From Rhodosorus marinus CCMP1338 (lineage: Eukaryota > Plantae > Rhodophyta): 64,000 bases of DNA. Both the position numbers and the translations under genes were made by a program. Below the pieces are notes generated by a model that did not search any database, was not told the origin of the DNA, and worked only from the letters and a program-made list of their open reading frames with translations. Each line of letters opens with the position of its first letter. Position 1 is the stretch's first letter. The stretch spans positions 3,038,001 through 3,102,000 of the forward strand of contig JAMWBK010000002.1 in assembly GCA_029953675.1 (NCBI GenBank), in the 5' to 3' direction. Positions 11,933 to 24,227 of the stretch are shown piece after piece.

Positions 11933-13924
11933 ATGGCGCTTGGATTTACTGGTTTGGGAGTCACGGTTCTTTGTCGAGTACGGGGAAGACGGACAGTGGT
12001 CTCGCTTGCTGGTGGTAAGAGTAAGGGAGGAGCTGTGAGGCAGAAGAAGAGCTCAATTTCTCAGGGATATTTGGACGCGTTGGAGAAGTATGAGCCGGTG
12101 GTGGGAATTGAAGTCCACGCTCAGCTTGCGACCAAGACGAAGGCGTTCTGCTCCTGTTCAACGAAGGAATCAAAGCTCCCGAACACTAATGTATGCCCGA
12201 TATGTATGGGGCACCCAGGAACGCTTCCTGTGCTTAACAAATCGGTGGTTGATCTTGCTATCAAGGCTGGACTCGCGCTGAACTGTGACATTGCAAAGTT
12301 CTCTAAATTCGATAGAAAGAACTACTTCTACCCGGATACACCTAAGAACTACCAAATCTCACAATACGATATTCCTATTGCTGAGCACGGCTCACTCGAT
12401 CTCCCAGTCAGTGGGAACACAGTGGGCATTACTCGACTTCATATGGAGGAAGACGCTGGAAAACTCACTCACATGGGTTCTGGCAGCGGCAGAATTGCAG
12501 ATTCAACTCATTCGCTGGTCGATTACAATCGATCCGGTACGGCGCTCATTGAAATCGTGTCTGAGCCGGACTTGAGATCTGGCGTTCAAGCTGCTGAGTA
12601 TGGCCAGGAACTGCAGAAGGTATATCCGATAGCAAGAGCAGCAGAGATCCTTGAAAGTTCCTCGTCCGAGAAAGATTCTTCACGGCTGACTATCACATCT
12701 TGTGAAACTTCTCAGGTTTTGCGATTCATTGGAGCAAGCGACTGTAACATGCAAGACGGAAGCCTCCGTCTGGATGTCAACGTTTCGATTAGGGAGAAAG
12801 GCGCATCTAAATTTGGAACCAAGATTGAGATCAAGAACTTGAATTCGTTTGGGTCTGTACAGAAGTCGATTGAGCACGAGATCGAACGACAGGCGGCAGC
12901 ACTCGACGCGGGAGAGAAGCTTCAGCAGGAAACGAGGTTTTGGGATGAGAAGGGTCTAAAGACTCTGCTGATGAGAGTGAAAGAAGGCGAAGCGGATTAT
13001 CGCTACTTTCCTGAACCTGACATTCCTCCGCTCAAGGTCAGCGATGAGATGCTGCAATCTGTGAAGGAGACTATCCCGGAGCTGCCAAACGAGAGGAGGA
13101 CAAGGTACCAAGAAACGTATGGACTCTCAGACTACGACGCGATGCTAATGTCTGATGATAAGGAGACGTCGGATTTCTTTGAGCAGAGCGTCGATCTGGG
13201 TGGTGCGTGATTACCGCCAGATGTGATTGAGAGGCATACAATTCGGTTCTTCTTGCTCAACCGCCACCCACCCCTTGTTCTTGAAACTCTTGCCTTCGCA
13301 GGAAACCCGAAGACGGTTGCCAATCTTCTGCTCGCAGAGGTTACTCTTGCACGTAAGGATTTGAAGATGAAAACACTTTCAAGCTCGAAGCTCACACCGC
13401 AGAGCCTCGCTGATCTTGTGAAGCTGCGCGAGGACGGCTTGATTGGTAGCAAGGTCATCAAAGCTCTAGTTCCGGAGCTTGTCAAAGACGGAGGCGATCC
13501 AATAGTAATTGTTGAAGAAAGGTAAGCATCTCGAATACACAACGCACAACACCTCGGAGCAGATTCTCATCGACCTGTATTTTCGCGCCTGTGCTGTCCA
13601 ATCACATTCGCATACACAGAGATCTGAAGTTCATAACAGACCCGAAGCAGATTGACGACATTCTCCAGGGAGTGCTCAACCAGGAGGCCGAGCTGGCAAC
13701 CAAGTACAAAGCCGTAGGTTTTAATTCCCCTGTCCACTGCGGAACTGTATTTGAATGCTATCGAGGAACTCGTTCTGAAAGCCTGCACGTCCATTTCCAA
13801 CTGGTAGGGAGAGAAAAAGCTTATGGGTCCTCTGAAAGGAAAAGTAATGGCAGCGTCACGCGGAAGAATCGAGCCGGAGCTGCTCCAGAAAAGACTTGAT
13901 GAACTCCTCAGTGCCGATTCCTGA
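11933..13924 (+). CDS. gatB: Glutamyl-tRNA(Gln) amidotransferase subunit B, organelle-targeted (multi-exon)
   Basis: YEPVVGIEVHAQL, FDRKNYFYPD, RLHMEEDAGK, EIVSEPD, EIKNLNSF, YRYFPEPD. N-terminal transit-like peptide MALGFTG. Last exon GEKKLMGPLKGKVMAASRG. Confidence 0.97.
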
Positions 13925-14390
13925 ATTGACGCTTTTTCCGTCTAGCTTACTAGTCCTCCACCATTAACACATAGAACCACTTCACCCCATGCAGTCCACA
14001 CATTTCCATAGCTCGCCTCTGGGACACGGCTAGACTCCACAACTCGGCAAGGACCGCCGCTGTCCATTTCGATCGATCTCCGTCTTCTGGGTTCTTTTCG
14101 TTTTTGTGGTTGATGGCTTGATTGACCCCTGGTGTTCCTAGTCTTCCTCCTTTCTGCCAAACTTGCCTATCAAGTTCTTCAACCAACTTTCGGTTCGTTG
14201 TGCTGCCGGTGTAATTTTCAGAGCAGTCACTGCGAATCGAGATGCGACTCGTTCGGTTGACAATATTGACAACATTGATACATGGATACACCGATTCGGT
14301 TTTAAACTCGGACCGTTGAAGATGCGAGCAACCATACCGTAGTAGTTGAACTGGGAGCAAACGAGGGCAACACTTCATCAACTTTTGGGA

Positions 14391-15521
14391 TTATCCTGTC
14401 ATCTCTATGGGAACACTCAGCCCGTCACTTGCTAACTCCATTTCAATTCCACTTTCTTTAGAGATCGATTTAAGTTCTTCGTTCACGTCTTGGTGAAGTC
14501 CTAGGCTGCAGGTCATTCCAACGAAGTAGGCTTTTCCCGGTCGAATCATTTTCACCTGAAACGAATTTTGACACACCAAAACAGTCAATGCATTCAGTTG
14601 TTTTAGGAAAGCCAGCTGTTTCATGAGGTGGTTGCGTGTTTTCTTTCCGGTTTCGCGAAGGAAACGAGAACAGGTGTCCTGCTGCGCGTCTACTTACAAA
14701 CTCGATGGCCTCTGGCAGACTAAGGTGGGCATTGTGACCTCCTCTGTTCAACGCATCAATCACTAGAGTCGATATAGGAGACAGCGACGAGATGGTTCTC
14801 AACGTTTCCTCCGGGAAACTCGAGACATCTGATATATACACAAGCGGTTTGTCCTTTCCGAACGAGAATCCGAGAGATATGTATGTACCACCATGATAAA
14901 CTGGGAACGCTTTCACTGGAATACCTGGAGAACCACGTTGCTTTTCGTTTGAGTTGACTTTCGAAGCTATGGGAAATCACGAGAGGTGGACTGTCGGAAC
15001 CCACCGTGGACTTGAAATACTTCATTGTCGGAGATTACTCTCCAGTCCAGATGTGCAATACGTCTTGGGACATCAGATGCTTTCCGTTGAGGGAACAGGT
15101 AAGGGTAGGCAGATTCGCAAACGAGTTTGGTTTTGCTATTCAAGTATATGGGAGTTGCAGCTGAGAATGGTCGTTGCACGTCGCGGAGGTCATCAATGCC
15201 GCCAACAGCATCGGCATGCCCGTGGGTGAGAATTACAGCATCGATCGCGTTTACCTCATGCTTCCGAAACCACCTCAGCGCAGTTTCCCTAAAGGTTTTT
15301 CCGCAATCGACCAGAACGTTGCGGCTTCCATATTGAAGCAACAAAGAAACGTTCCCACGCCGATTCGGGGAATATACATCCCTCAGCCCCTCTTCACATA
15401 CTTTACACACACCCTCGCGGTCCCTTACAATACAGTGCATCCCTGGCAACCCCGTTGAAACTCCAGTCCCCAGGAATACAGCCCGGATCCCATCTTCTTC
15501 ATCCACAAACTCAGATCCCAT
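14391..15521 (-). CDS. Metallo-beta-lactamase-fold hydrolase, PhnP/YycJ-like (multi-exon; start uncertain)
   Basis: FLGTGVSTGLP, RRGNVSLLL, VDCGKTF, LTHGHADAVGGIDDLR, VYHGG, YISDVS, HNAHLSLPEA, YFVGMTC. Confidence 0.9.
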
Positions 15522-16164
15522 CACCCCACACCCAAAAGGCCTCAGCCGCTCACACAATCCAAACCAGTACAGCCAAGGAAAAAACACAATGGTTAACCAC
15601 AACCAATTCAAACCATAAAAAAAAGGAAAAAGAAAACCAATGATCAGGGTCCTCTGAACGCCCTTCTGCATCGGTACTAGCGACTGCTTCTTCCTCAGCT
15701 TGTCTTTGTTCCAGCGGCGCACTAAGTAACTTCAGGAGAGCCAACGGTATAAGTGACACATAAATGATCTAACAATCTGAAACCAATCATAGTACTATTG
15801 CAATATTATGGCTTAATTTATATAAAACAGTATAGTTGGAACTACTGTATCGTTTAGTACACATTTTATGAACTTCTTTTATTGTCGAAAGCGAGACGAT
15901 CCACATGTCTCGTGATGTTTTTTGGGAAAAACAATCGATCAATATTTTTTTTAATGATTGAACTGAATGCAACAATCGGGTTGCTTGCAAAGCTTGAGGA
16001 TGAGCGACTGAAAGTCTTTCGTTTCGCTTTAAAGTACGTTAGGCGCGGTTTGTGAATACTTTTTATGGATGAGATCTATTTGAACCGGACAGAGATCTGT
16101 GGAATTTTGGATGAGAATAGGTAGAAAGTAAGGCCAAGTAACGGACGAGCATCAGTTCGAACTA

Positions 16165-17060
16165 TGCGCCTCTAGGTGTTTGTTCTAAATCTGATATCTG
16201 AAAAACTCGGTTTCAGCACTCTTCCCACGCGTTTTCTAGTAGCTTCTCGTGAAATGAAAGCACGTGCCCGTTAAGTTTTGCCCTGGTTGCGAAGATCTTT
16301 TCCACTTGCTGACATCTCTCCTTAGCTATGCCCTCGTGTACAGAGCTGACATGAACCCCGAGATGACTCTTGTGCATAAACTTGCCGTTACAATGTTTAC
16401 AAATGAAATTTCGCTCTCCAAGACGCGCAACTGGATAGTGCGTTTTCAAATCGAACCTCATCTTGTAACCAGCTCCACGGGTCGGGCAAGTACTCAAGTG
16501 AGTTCTCGATCTGCATTAGGGGGTTCTTTCACCCGCTGATAAAAAATCATATAGCCCAGATTTGCTGCTCAGATAGGTTCAGTCGCTTGTAATGGTAAAT
16601 TTAACCGTAATTGACAGCAAACGCAACCCTAGCGTTCGTGAAAATGGTCTCCATCAACCACAGAACAGTACCGCTTTCCGTACTGGGACTTTGAAGTTCG
16701 TTTCTCGAATCCATTCATAACCCGGTGAGCTCAAAGTTCCCGATGAATACTTGGAAGGTTTGGCGAACGTTGTTGACCAAAAAGACACGTTCAAATCCTA
16801 GCCTTCTTTTTGTCCCCGTCCACGCATGTAGCCTTTCATCTGATCCCGGAGAACACATCACTATCCTCACTTTTCTTTGCGAGTAGGAGCACGGGGGAGT
16901 TTCCTCTCCGTCCTACGAAGATGATAAAAAGTGTCTTGGAGCGGATAGCAAGAAGACAACGGAAGATTCCGTATTGGTGTGCACCTAATCCATCAGAAAG
17001 GTTCTCGGGCGCTCGGGCTCCTTCTATGTTTATCATGAGCTCTCCATGGTACTAAATTCA
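16165..17060 (-). pseudogene. Decayed fourth copy of the C2H2 zinc-finger family
   Basis: Broken fingers (CKHCNGKFMHKSHLGVHVSSVH intact; the others have lost ligands). Upstream frameshifted fragments FIGNFELTGL, SQYGKRYCSVVDG and NARVAFAVNY match FAGNFNISKV, SQFGKDYSFVVEG and AREAFAFLHY of the intact paralogs. Confidence 0.8.
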
Positions 17061-17506
17061 ATATTTCTCTAAGAAACAGCAGATTGGGTCACCACCGTCA
17101 GGGTACTTGTCTCCAAGCACGTCAAAGATCACAACAACTCCGCAACAAAAAGGCCGATGATTAGTACAATAATTACAGTACATTTTACTACACCAATTCT
17201 AACGTACTATCAAATACTTAAAATATTCACAAGGATTACATTGGCAGTATTCAATTGGTGAGAATAGTTCGTTCTTGAAGTATTCTTTTCAATTTAAGTA
17301 CACGCGCGGCACTGTGCAGGACGGTTTCTGTAAACTTTTCGGGTGTTCCACATTTGCGTGCTTGCGCACTAGGGCCAATCCATTCGTACGTGTACGGTAC
17401 AAACTATTGGTGCTGATCAGCGTACACCCCAAGCAACCTACACGCATATGATGCGCTAAAGCCCAGCTATAGGATTATTATGGCCAAAGCGGACGTAGGG
17501 ATCTTC

Positions 17507-18315
17507 TTACGCTCGACCTGCGGAACGAACCTTATCGATCGCTGGGTTAATGCTCAGTCGCGCGAAAAACGGGAATAGTAGGGCCAAGACGAGGGTCTTC
17601 TTATTCCAAAACTTGTTATCGCTTCTGTACAGTGCTCTAGCATCGGCGAAAACTCCATACCTGGTAGTTGTCAGGGTTGTCATCTCGCCGTTGTCAAGGA
17701 ACTGCGAAAACGCGTCCTACGGAACCAAGAGAAAAGTTCAATTGCTTCATAGCACAGCTCAGGAGATGCACGCTTGCTTTGGTTTCATACCTTGGTACCA
17801 TCCCACCGGATAGTGCCGCTCCTATGCACCCCATAGCCGATCACCGAACCCTCCTCTTGGAGGGCTTGCTGTGCTTTCGTAAACATAAGCTGGTCAACTG
17901 TGTAGCTGTCAGTCTTAATCCACATTTCGTCCAGCAGCACCTCTGTATAGGCATGCTCAACATATTGGGTTCCAGTGTTTAGGACCCCTCTTAAAATATC
18001 CGAAGAAATATCCACGAACACCATCCTCGCGGGTATGCCTGAACTTCTGAGCGCACTCGTGAACAGCGCGGCCTTGGTTATGCAGAAGCCTCTGCGGTTT
18101 TTCAATGTCTCAGAGGCCTTCTCATCATAGAAGCCACCCGTGAACCCGAACGTAACCTCGTCTCGAACAGCGTCGTGAATCAAAACAGCCTTTTCACGAT
18201 CCGATTTCGCGTTTACAGCTACCCTCTGCGCGAATTCTCTGATCAGCCTGCTGTCCACGTCGAGAAGCTCCGAACGTTGCAAGTAGACCTCATGCACATC
18301 TTCTACTGAATTCAT
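17507..18315 (-). CDS. Transglutaminase-like (bacterial-type) cysteine protease-fold protein; exons 18315-17791 and 17716-17507
   Basis: AVLIHDAVRDEV, GFCITKAALF (Cys), EHAYTEV (His), TDSY (Asp). A 74-nt GT-AG intron joins in frame to DAFSQF...GRA*. Confidence 0.88.
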
Positions 18316-19348
18316 CCCAGAGACTACAAAACTCCCAAAACCAAAGACCTAGCCTCTTTCTCACAGACGGAATATAATTCTGCCCTCGGAATCCATGCAA
18401 AAGGTTTTTCACTTCCACCCTAACCTCAACTAGACAGATGGGCCCGAAGTAAACCTCGCCATTATCATCGCGTCCTATCCCATTCATCTGAGAATGTCTT
18501 CCTCATCGATTTTCCGACAGCTGCGGATCAATTAAATTATTTTCTAAATTCAATATTATTGGGGAAACTTTTCATTGTAAGTGAAATTCCGTTACCGTTC
18601 CGTTTGCTGTTGGACATTGAAGCTGTGATGATGTGGTCGTGAAGTTCTAGGTGACTGGACACTGTTCATGTTCTCTCAGGTTAAGAATGGCTATGAAAGT
18701 TTGCTCAACACAAAAACCAATCGAGATGGAAAGACAGTCAGATTATCTACGGAACTTTCGACTAGCTTTTTGCACGGTGTTGAATTTTCAGTGCTTAGGC
18801 TTCAACTTCGATATGAGAATCAGGGCCCGTGGGTTGGGCGGGGAACTCCCAGTCAAAAGTTCTGGTCAAGAGCTGTCTTTCGGTGTGCGTCTTGGTTGTT
18901 TTATTCTCGAAACGTTGAAATGGCTCGTTGCTCGACCACGCAAAACCCGGGGGCTTGTGGGATGGGTTGGCATCCATGGGCGACTCAGACGGGGGTAGTG
19001 CTAATAATATAGTGTGATTTTAATCGTTTCGCGTTTTACAGCATCAATTTTCAGCTAGCTCTCGAAGTTCCGTCGTCTCCTTATTGTGCCCGCTGTTTGT
19101 CACGTAAAAAGTTCGGATCTAGCGGGCATTAAATCATCGAAAAACCCTTGCTGCCGGCATTCTACGTAGTTTTTCCAAGTACGCTGATAGCTAAAGTATC
19201 GCGTGTAAGGGGCACAGCCAGTTCAGCCTCTTACCAGCCGTACCAAACACAAACAGATCCCCTAATCTTGCACGAGGTTTCATCAAACACGCCAAAATTG
19301 CTGAGCACGCGTATTGAGGAAGTTCTCAAATTTGATACGTTTTGCGTT

Positions 19349-20746
19349 TCACGCCGTGCTGTGTATTGTACGATGCTTCTTCAAATCTGATCTCTGGAAG
19401 AACTTCTTACCACATTCTTCACAGCCATGTATTCTCTGCTTCTCATGAACTGCCAGTACGTGTCTGTTAAGCTTCGCCTTAGTTGCGAAGCCCTTTCCGC
19501 ACTGCTGACACTTTTCTTCGGCAATACCCTCATGCACAGAACTGATGTGAACTCGAAGGTGACTCTTGTGTATGAACTTGTTGCCGCAGTACTCGCAGGC
19601 AAATTTTCGTTCTCCAAGGTGCACAGTTCGATAATGTCTTTGCATCTCATATTTTCTCCTAAAAGCTGCTCCACAGATGGGGCATTGATCACTGCTAGAA
19701 CCTCGGAAATCACTACTAACCTCTTCTGTGTTCAATAGGTTCGGTTCCGTCTTACTCTCGTCATTGTCGCTAATTTGCTCTATAAAAAAGTCCTTTCCTG
19801 AATCGTCGTTGAGGAAAAACAGCTGATCCTCGTTCAACCCAATTTCGTAATCCGGAAGTGCTAGTTGTCTATAATTTGTCTTCGAATAGTACTCGAAAGC
19901 CAGCGCCTCCCTAGCCCTTTCCAGAGATTCTCCTTCAACAACGAAACTGTAGTCCTTTCCGAACTGAGACATTGAGGTTCGCCGCCCACTAGCCATGCCC
20001 GACTTAATCACTCGGGAAATGCTGAACCTTCCACTGAACACGTGGGAGGAAAATGCTGCCAATTCCTCCGTCCAAAAAGTGAGGTCATATGGATTATCTC
20101 CGCTCTCAATTGATTGGATTTTCACTTTTGCAAATTCCTCGGCGATGTCTAGAGACAATCTGCTCTTGAAGCTCGGTGGGCACTCACAAATCTGAAGGCC
20201 CCTTGCAAAACAGAAGTCGCACATTTTCTTCTCAAATATGTCCGCCGCTGAGATGGTTTCACTAGGACGTCTTAAATTGAACACTGCGTTGCTCGTGATT
20301 AAATCTCCCTCGCTTGTAACAGTTAACCTGGTCAAACTTGCGGCTTCAGAGACTGTCTCGACCCCACCAATGTAAACATTCATCTCTGAGCCCCTGCAGT
20401 CGATACAGAACCTAACATTCTCAGCACATCCGATCTCGTGCGGGTCAAAATTTCCCAAAACTGTCCCATAAACTACCCCGTCATAAGATTCCTGCGGACA
20501 GTAAAGATTCGCTCCTTTCCAATTTTTGGTAGCTGTATTCAACATATCTCCCATGGCCACTCCATCGATATCCTGGCTCTGCAGCATGACAGACTCGCTG
20601 AAGATCAGCGGGGCTGAAGAGTTCCACTCAAACAGTAGCCATTTTCTCATCCGCTCCTCGGGGACAATGCTCAGAGGCGTCCCCGCAACCGGAGTCGCCT
20701 GCGCCGGTATGTGCTCCGTCTCTAACTTTCGAGCGTAAGTCGCCAT
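19349..20746 (-). CDS. 4xC2H2 zinc-finger protein, paralog A, intronless, with uncharacterised N-terminal domain
   Basis: Four CxxC-x12-H-x3/4-H fingers at the C-terminus. The N-terminal domain aligns with paralogs B and C. Confidence 0.92.
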   Translation of the reverse strand: MATYARKLETEHIPAQATPVAGTPLSIVPEERMRKWLLFEWNSSAPLIFSESVMLQSQDIDGVAMGDMLNTATKNWKGANLYCPQESYDGVVYGTVLGNFDPHEIGCAENVRFCIDCRGSEMNVYIGGVETVSEAASLTRLTVTSEGDLITSNAVFNLRRPSETISAADIFEKKMCDFCFARGLQICECPPSFKSRLSLDIAEEFAKVKIQSIESGDNPYDLTFWTEELAAFSSHVFSGRFSISRVIKSGMASGRRTSMSQFGKDYSFVVEGESLERAREALAFEYYSKTNYRQLALPDYEIGLNEDQLFFLNDDSGKDFFIEQISDNDESKTEPNLLNTEEVSSDFRGSSSDQCPICGAAFRRKYEMQRHYRTVHLGERKFACEYCGNKFIHKSHLRVHISSVHEGIAEEKCQQCGKGFATKAKLNRHVLAVHEKQRIHGCEECGKKFFQRSDLKKHRTIHSTA

Positions 20747-22832
20747 AGCAGACTCCTCAAAAAACACTCAAAAGCCTCACTAATCCCCTCCCCCCATCCT
20801 CAAACCCAGGCGGGCACCCCAATGTCCACTTTTTTGAACTGTCCTACTCAAAAAAAAACCAGAAACCCAACCCGTCCCAACCTTAAAAAGCAAAAACAAT
20901 TAATTAATACCTTCCAGTCCTTGCTTCACGCTCCTATGAAACATTTCTACTTCTCTCTCTACTCTTCCCTCTCTCTCTCTCCCCCTCCCTTTCCAAACTT
21001 CACCTACCAACCAAACTCAATGGGCGCTCACCCTCCTTCCTCATCCACAACCTCCACAATCTACCCTTGACGAGAAACTCTCATTAAAAAAAATTTGTAC
21101 CTTCCAGCATCAAAACAAATCCCCATTTTTCTTCCCCAAAACAAATAAGAATTTTCGGACCTAGCCAAAAAAAAAAGGAAGGTTTCCCTCCAACCCCCTA
21201 ATTAATTCCCCTTAGACGAATCAGTACTGAAAAAGAAAGAAAATCAAAAATATCAGGACAGACTGTCTAACAAAAGTAATTTTTCAAAAAAAGGGGTTAA
21301 GGTTTCTATCATATTAATTGCACCGAAAGAACCTTCGCTCTTACAGTTTGTTTTCTGTGTGTTTTTGCCCCTTTTTTTTTCTTTTATTGTCTTTTACTCT
21401 TCTTTTTTTTTTTTTTGCTTTCCCGGTCTCCTTGTCTTGATCTAGATATATTTGTGTTTACCTTGGAAAGATATATTAGTATTACGAGAACTTTTACGCA
21501 ATATTGTACCTGATTTTCGATTTACGAGTCTAAATAAAGAAATTAAGACAAAGAATAGGGTTTTTTTTTGGTACTCAGCATTGTTTGTTGCTCGTAACGC
21601 CTTGGGGTTTTTACATGACAGCACTGTTTTCGCGAGTGTCAGAGGTGCGAACCGCTTTTAAAAGAGGCGTTTCATTTTAGGCTAAGATGATTGGTTGGAA
21701 TCCCGCGGACGGGATGATCGATTCTCGTGATAGAAATGCTGTGCAGAATCTTTCCGGGCATTGTATGCTGGTTTCAAAAGAATTTCGACGTTTGAGTGGG
21801 TGCGTGTGCGATGGCCTCCCGATGAGAGCACATGAAGCGTTTACGATTTTTTGTAATTTTGGACATCGAGCTAAAAAGCGCTCGAGCAGATGGCAGAGTA
21901 TTTTGGCATCCTGTGTCGTGTGGAATTCTGGTTTCGCTATCATTGGGTGAGAACTGGCCTTGTTCCGTCCGGCGGTGAATCTCATGTCCTTTGGGAGCAG
22001 TAATACATTGTTGGATGACCTAAAGTCTATCGACTAGCAGCGTGATTCATAAAGCTCGCGGGCTGGGAAGACAGCAACTAACGCACGCGGTCGGGTGGTT
22101 ACACGTATTCTTTGCGAGGAATAAAGAAGCGGGGGGGAGAACGGACATATGGGTGCGTTCACAAAACAGGCCAAAAATAATGAATTGCTTTGATTCCAAC
22201 TACTGACGCGATAACGGGCAATGATGTCGCTGAGGGTTTGTGACGTGACGTCGAATCACCCGGACTCCACACTGCCCGACGCGCGTTCGCTGCTACCTCT
22301 GGCCAATCAGCTCCACACCGTTATGACACTCATCCGTGATACTCCTCCTGCCCCTAGTCCATCGCGTTTGACGTGTCTTTTGAACTGGTCTTCTCTTCAG
22401 ACGAGTCCCGACGATGCTACTGTGTCGAGAGTTCATGAAGCTTCGGGCCTGCGATGATCTCCTTTTCCATAGACTTTTCAACTGCTTTCGACAAAAATCA
22501 GCTCCAAGAAGCGGGAGTCATCGAATGAACCAGCTGCACATCTCAGCCGGCGCCCCCCCCCCCCGCGCTTACAGACCTGATGAGCTGTGAGCTCCCATCA
22601 AGTCGGTTACTTCTGATCCGCAACCTGCTAAGAATAACTGCATCAAAGAACCCTGCCGGAAAATGTGAGCTCCTATGCGTAAACCTCTAGACAGAGCATA
22701 AATAGCGGAAGCGCTGTGTTGACCTCGTAGTTGACGAGTTCTTGTCAGCGATCTTCAAAACATGTAGACCTTGCACAGCACAGTTCCCCCTTGTCTCCAA
22801 AATGCTGCCGGAGAGCGGTTAGCCGACGCCTC

Positions 22833-24227
22833 CTATGTATTCACCAACTTCGAAGTGTGCGTCTTTAGGTGCTTCTTCACGTCCGATCTCTGGAAAAACT
22901 TTTTCCCGCAGACTTCACACCCATGGGACCGTTTCTTCTCGTGAACTGCGGAAACGTGCCGATTGAGCTTGGCCTTGGTTGCAAATCCCTTCCCGCATGA
23001 CGGACAAAATGCTTCAGATACCCCGATATGCACTGAGACGACGTGGGTGCGAAGATGCGTCTTGTGGATGAACTTTTTGTCGCAATACTCGCAAGAGAAT
23101 CCTCGTTCACCAAGATGTACTGTTCGGAAATGCCTTGTCATCTCATATTTTCTTTTGAAGGCTGACGTGCATGCCGGACAGAGGAAGTTGCGCACCTCCT
23201 TCCCAGGTTCATTGGCGGGTACGGGACCGGTCTCATCCTCTCCGCTAACAGCTTCGAACTCATGTTGTAATTCGTCAATTACGACGCCGTTGGAAATTTG
23301 TTCGTCAGAATCCAGAACCGACCACGACTCAGAATCTGGAAATGTCAGGTGCTTGTAATCCATGTTTGAGTAGTGCAAGAATGCAAACGCCTCTCGAGCT
23401 GTATCTACCACGTCTCCATAGCCATGAAAAGCGTACTCCTTCCTGTACTGCGTCATCATCGTACGAAATCCTTCGTTTCCCCAGCTACTCTTCAAGACCT
23501 TAGAAATGTTGAAGTTCCCAGCAAAAACCTTGTCCGTGTAAGTGCCGAGCTCTTGGGTCCAGAACACGCTTTCTGAAGAATCTTGCTCCATAGAAATTCT
23601 CACTGCCTCAAAGGAGCCCACTAAATCATCTTCTGTCAAACTCTTGAGCGCTGAGGAACATTCGCAAACTGGCGATCCCCGAGATTCGCAAAAATCGCAA
23701 ACTTTCTTGTCATACATATCGGTTGCTGTCAGAGCCATGGATGAGTTCTTTACCGAAAAGGTTGTATTGGACGTGATCAGGTCCCCATCTTCAGTAATAA
23801 CCAACTTTGAAAGGCTGCCCATTCCATTCGTGTCGTCAGTACCGCCAATGAAGATTACCAGCTCATTACCTCTGCAGTCGAAGCAGAACCTAGTTCTTGT
23901 TCCTTGATTCGCAAGCATCGCGTTCGAATCCATCTGGCCCAATACCGTCCCGTAGACAACGCCGTCATGCTTTTCTTGCGGAACGTACAAATTGGAACCG
24001 TACCAGTCTTGAATGATCGGGTTCAATCCTGGATTCTCTGGTGGCTCAGAATTTAGGTTCTGGAACAAAATCGACTGGCTGAACTGCAAAGAATTCGAGG
24101 ATTCTACCTCAAAAAGCAGCCACGCTTTCATGCTCTCATCAGGTACCAACCCGAGGACGGATTCACTCTCACTCGCCCTAAGCGAGTCCGACGAAGACCC
24201 AATACCCTCCTCATCTAGCACCTCCAT
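22833..24227 (-). CDS. 4xC2H2 zinc-finger protein, paralog B, intronless
   Basis: Uninterrupted 464-aa ORF with the same architecture as paralog A. Confidence 0.92.
   Translation of the reverse strand: MEVLDEEGIGSSSDSLRASESESVLGLVPDESMKAWLLFEVESSNSLQFSQSILFQNLNSEPPENPGLNPIIQDWYGSNLYVPQEKHDGVVYGTVLGQMDSNAMLANQGTRTRFCFDCRGNELVIFIGGTDDTNGMGSLSKLVITEDGDLITSNTTFSVKNSSMALTATDMYDKKVCDFCESRGSPVCECSSALKSLTEDDLVGSFEAVRISMEQDSSESVFWTQELGTYTDKVFAGNFNISKVLKSSWGNEGFRTMMTQYRKEYAFHGYGDVVDTAREAFAFLHYSNMDYKHLTFPDSESWSVLDSDEQISNGVVIDELQHEFEAVSGEDETGPVPANEPGKEVRNFLCPACTSAFKRKYEMTRHFRTVHLGERGFSCEYCDKKFIHKTHLRTHVVSVHIGVSEAFCPSCGKGFATKAKLNRHVSAVHEKKRSHGCEVCGKKFFQRSDVKKHLKTHTSKLVNT

Noticed and set aside
13950-14381. 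143-aa ORF with HNH-like NHKNEKN
   Set aside because: The rest of the HNH motif is absent; probably the 3' region of the PhnP-like gene.
22575-22620. CTGATGAG as a hammerhead ribozyme core or C box
   Set aside because: No stem II/GAAA partner; the nearest CTGA is too close for a snoRNA.
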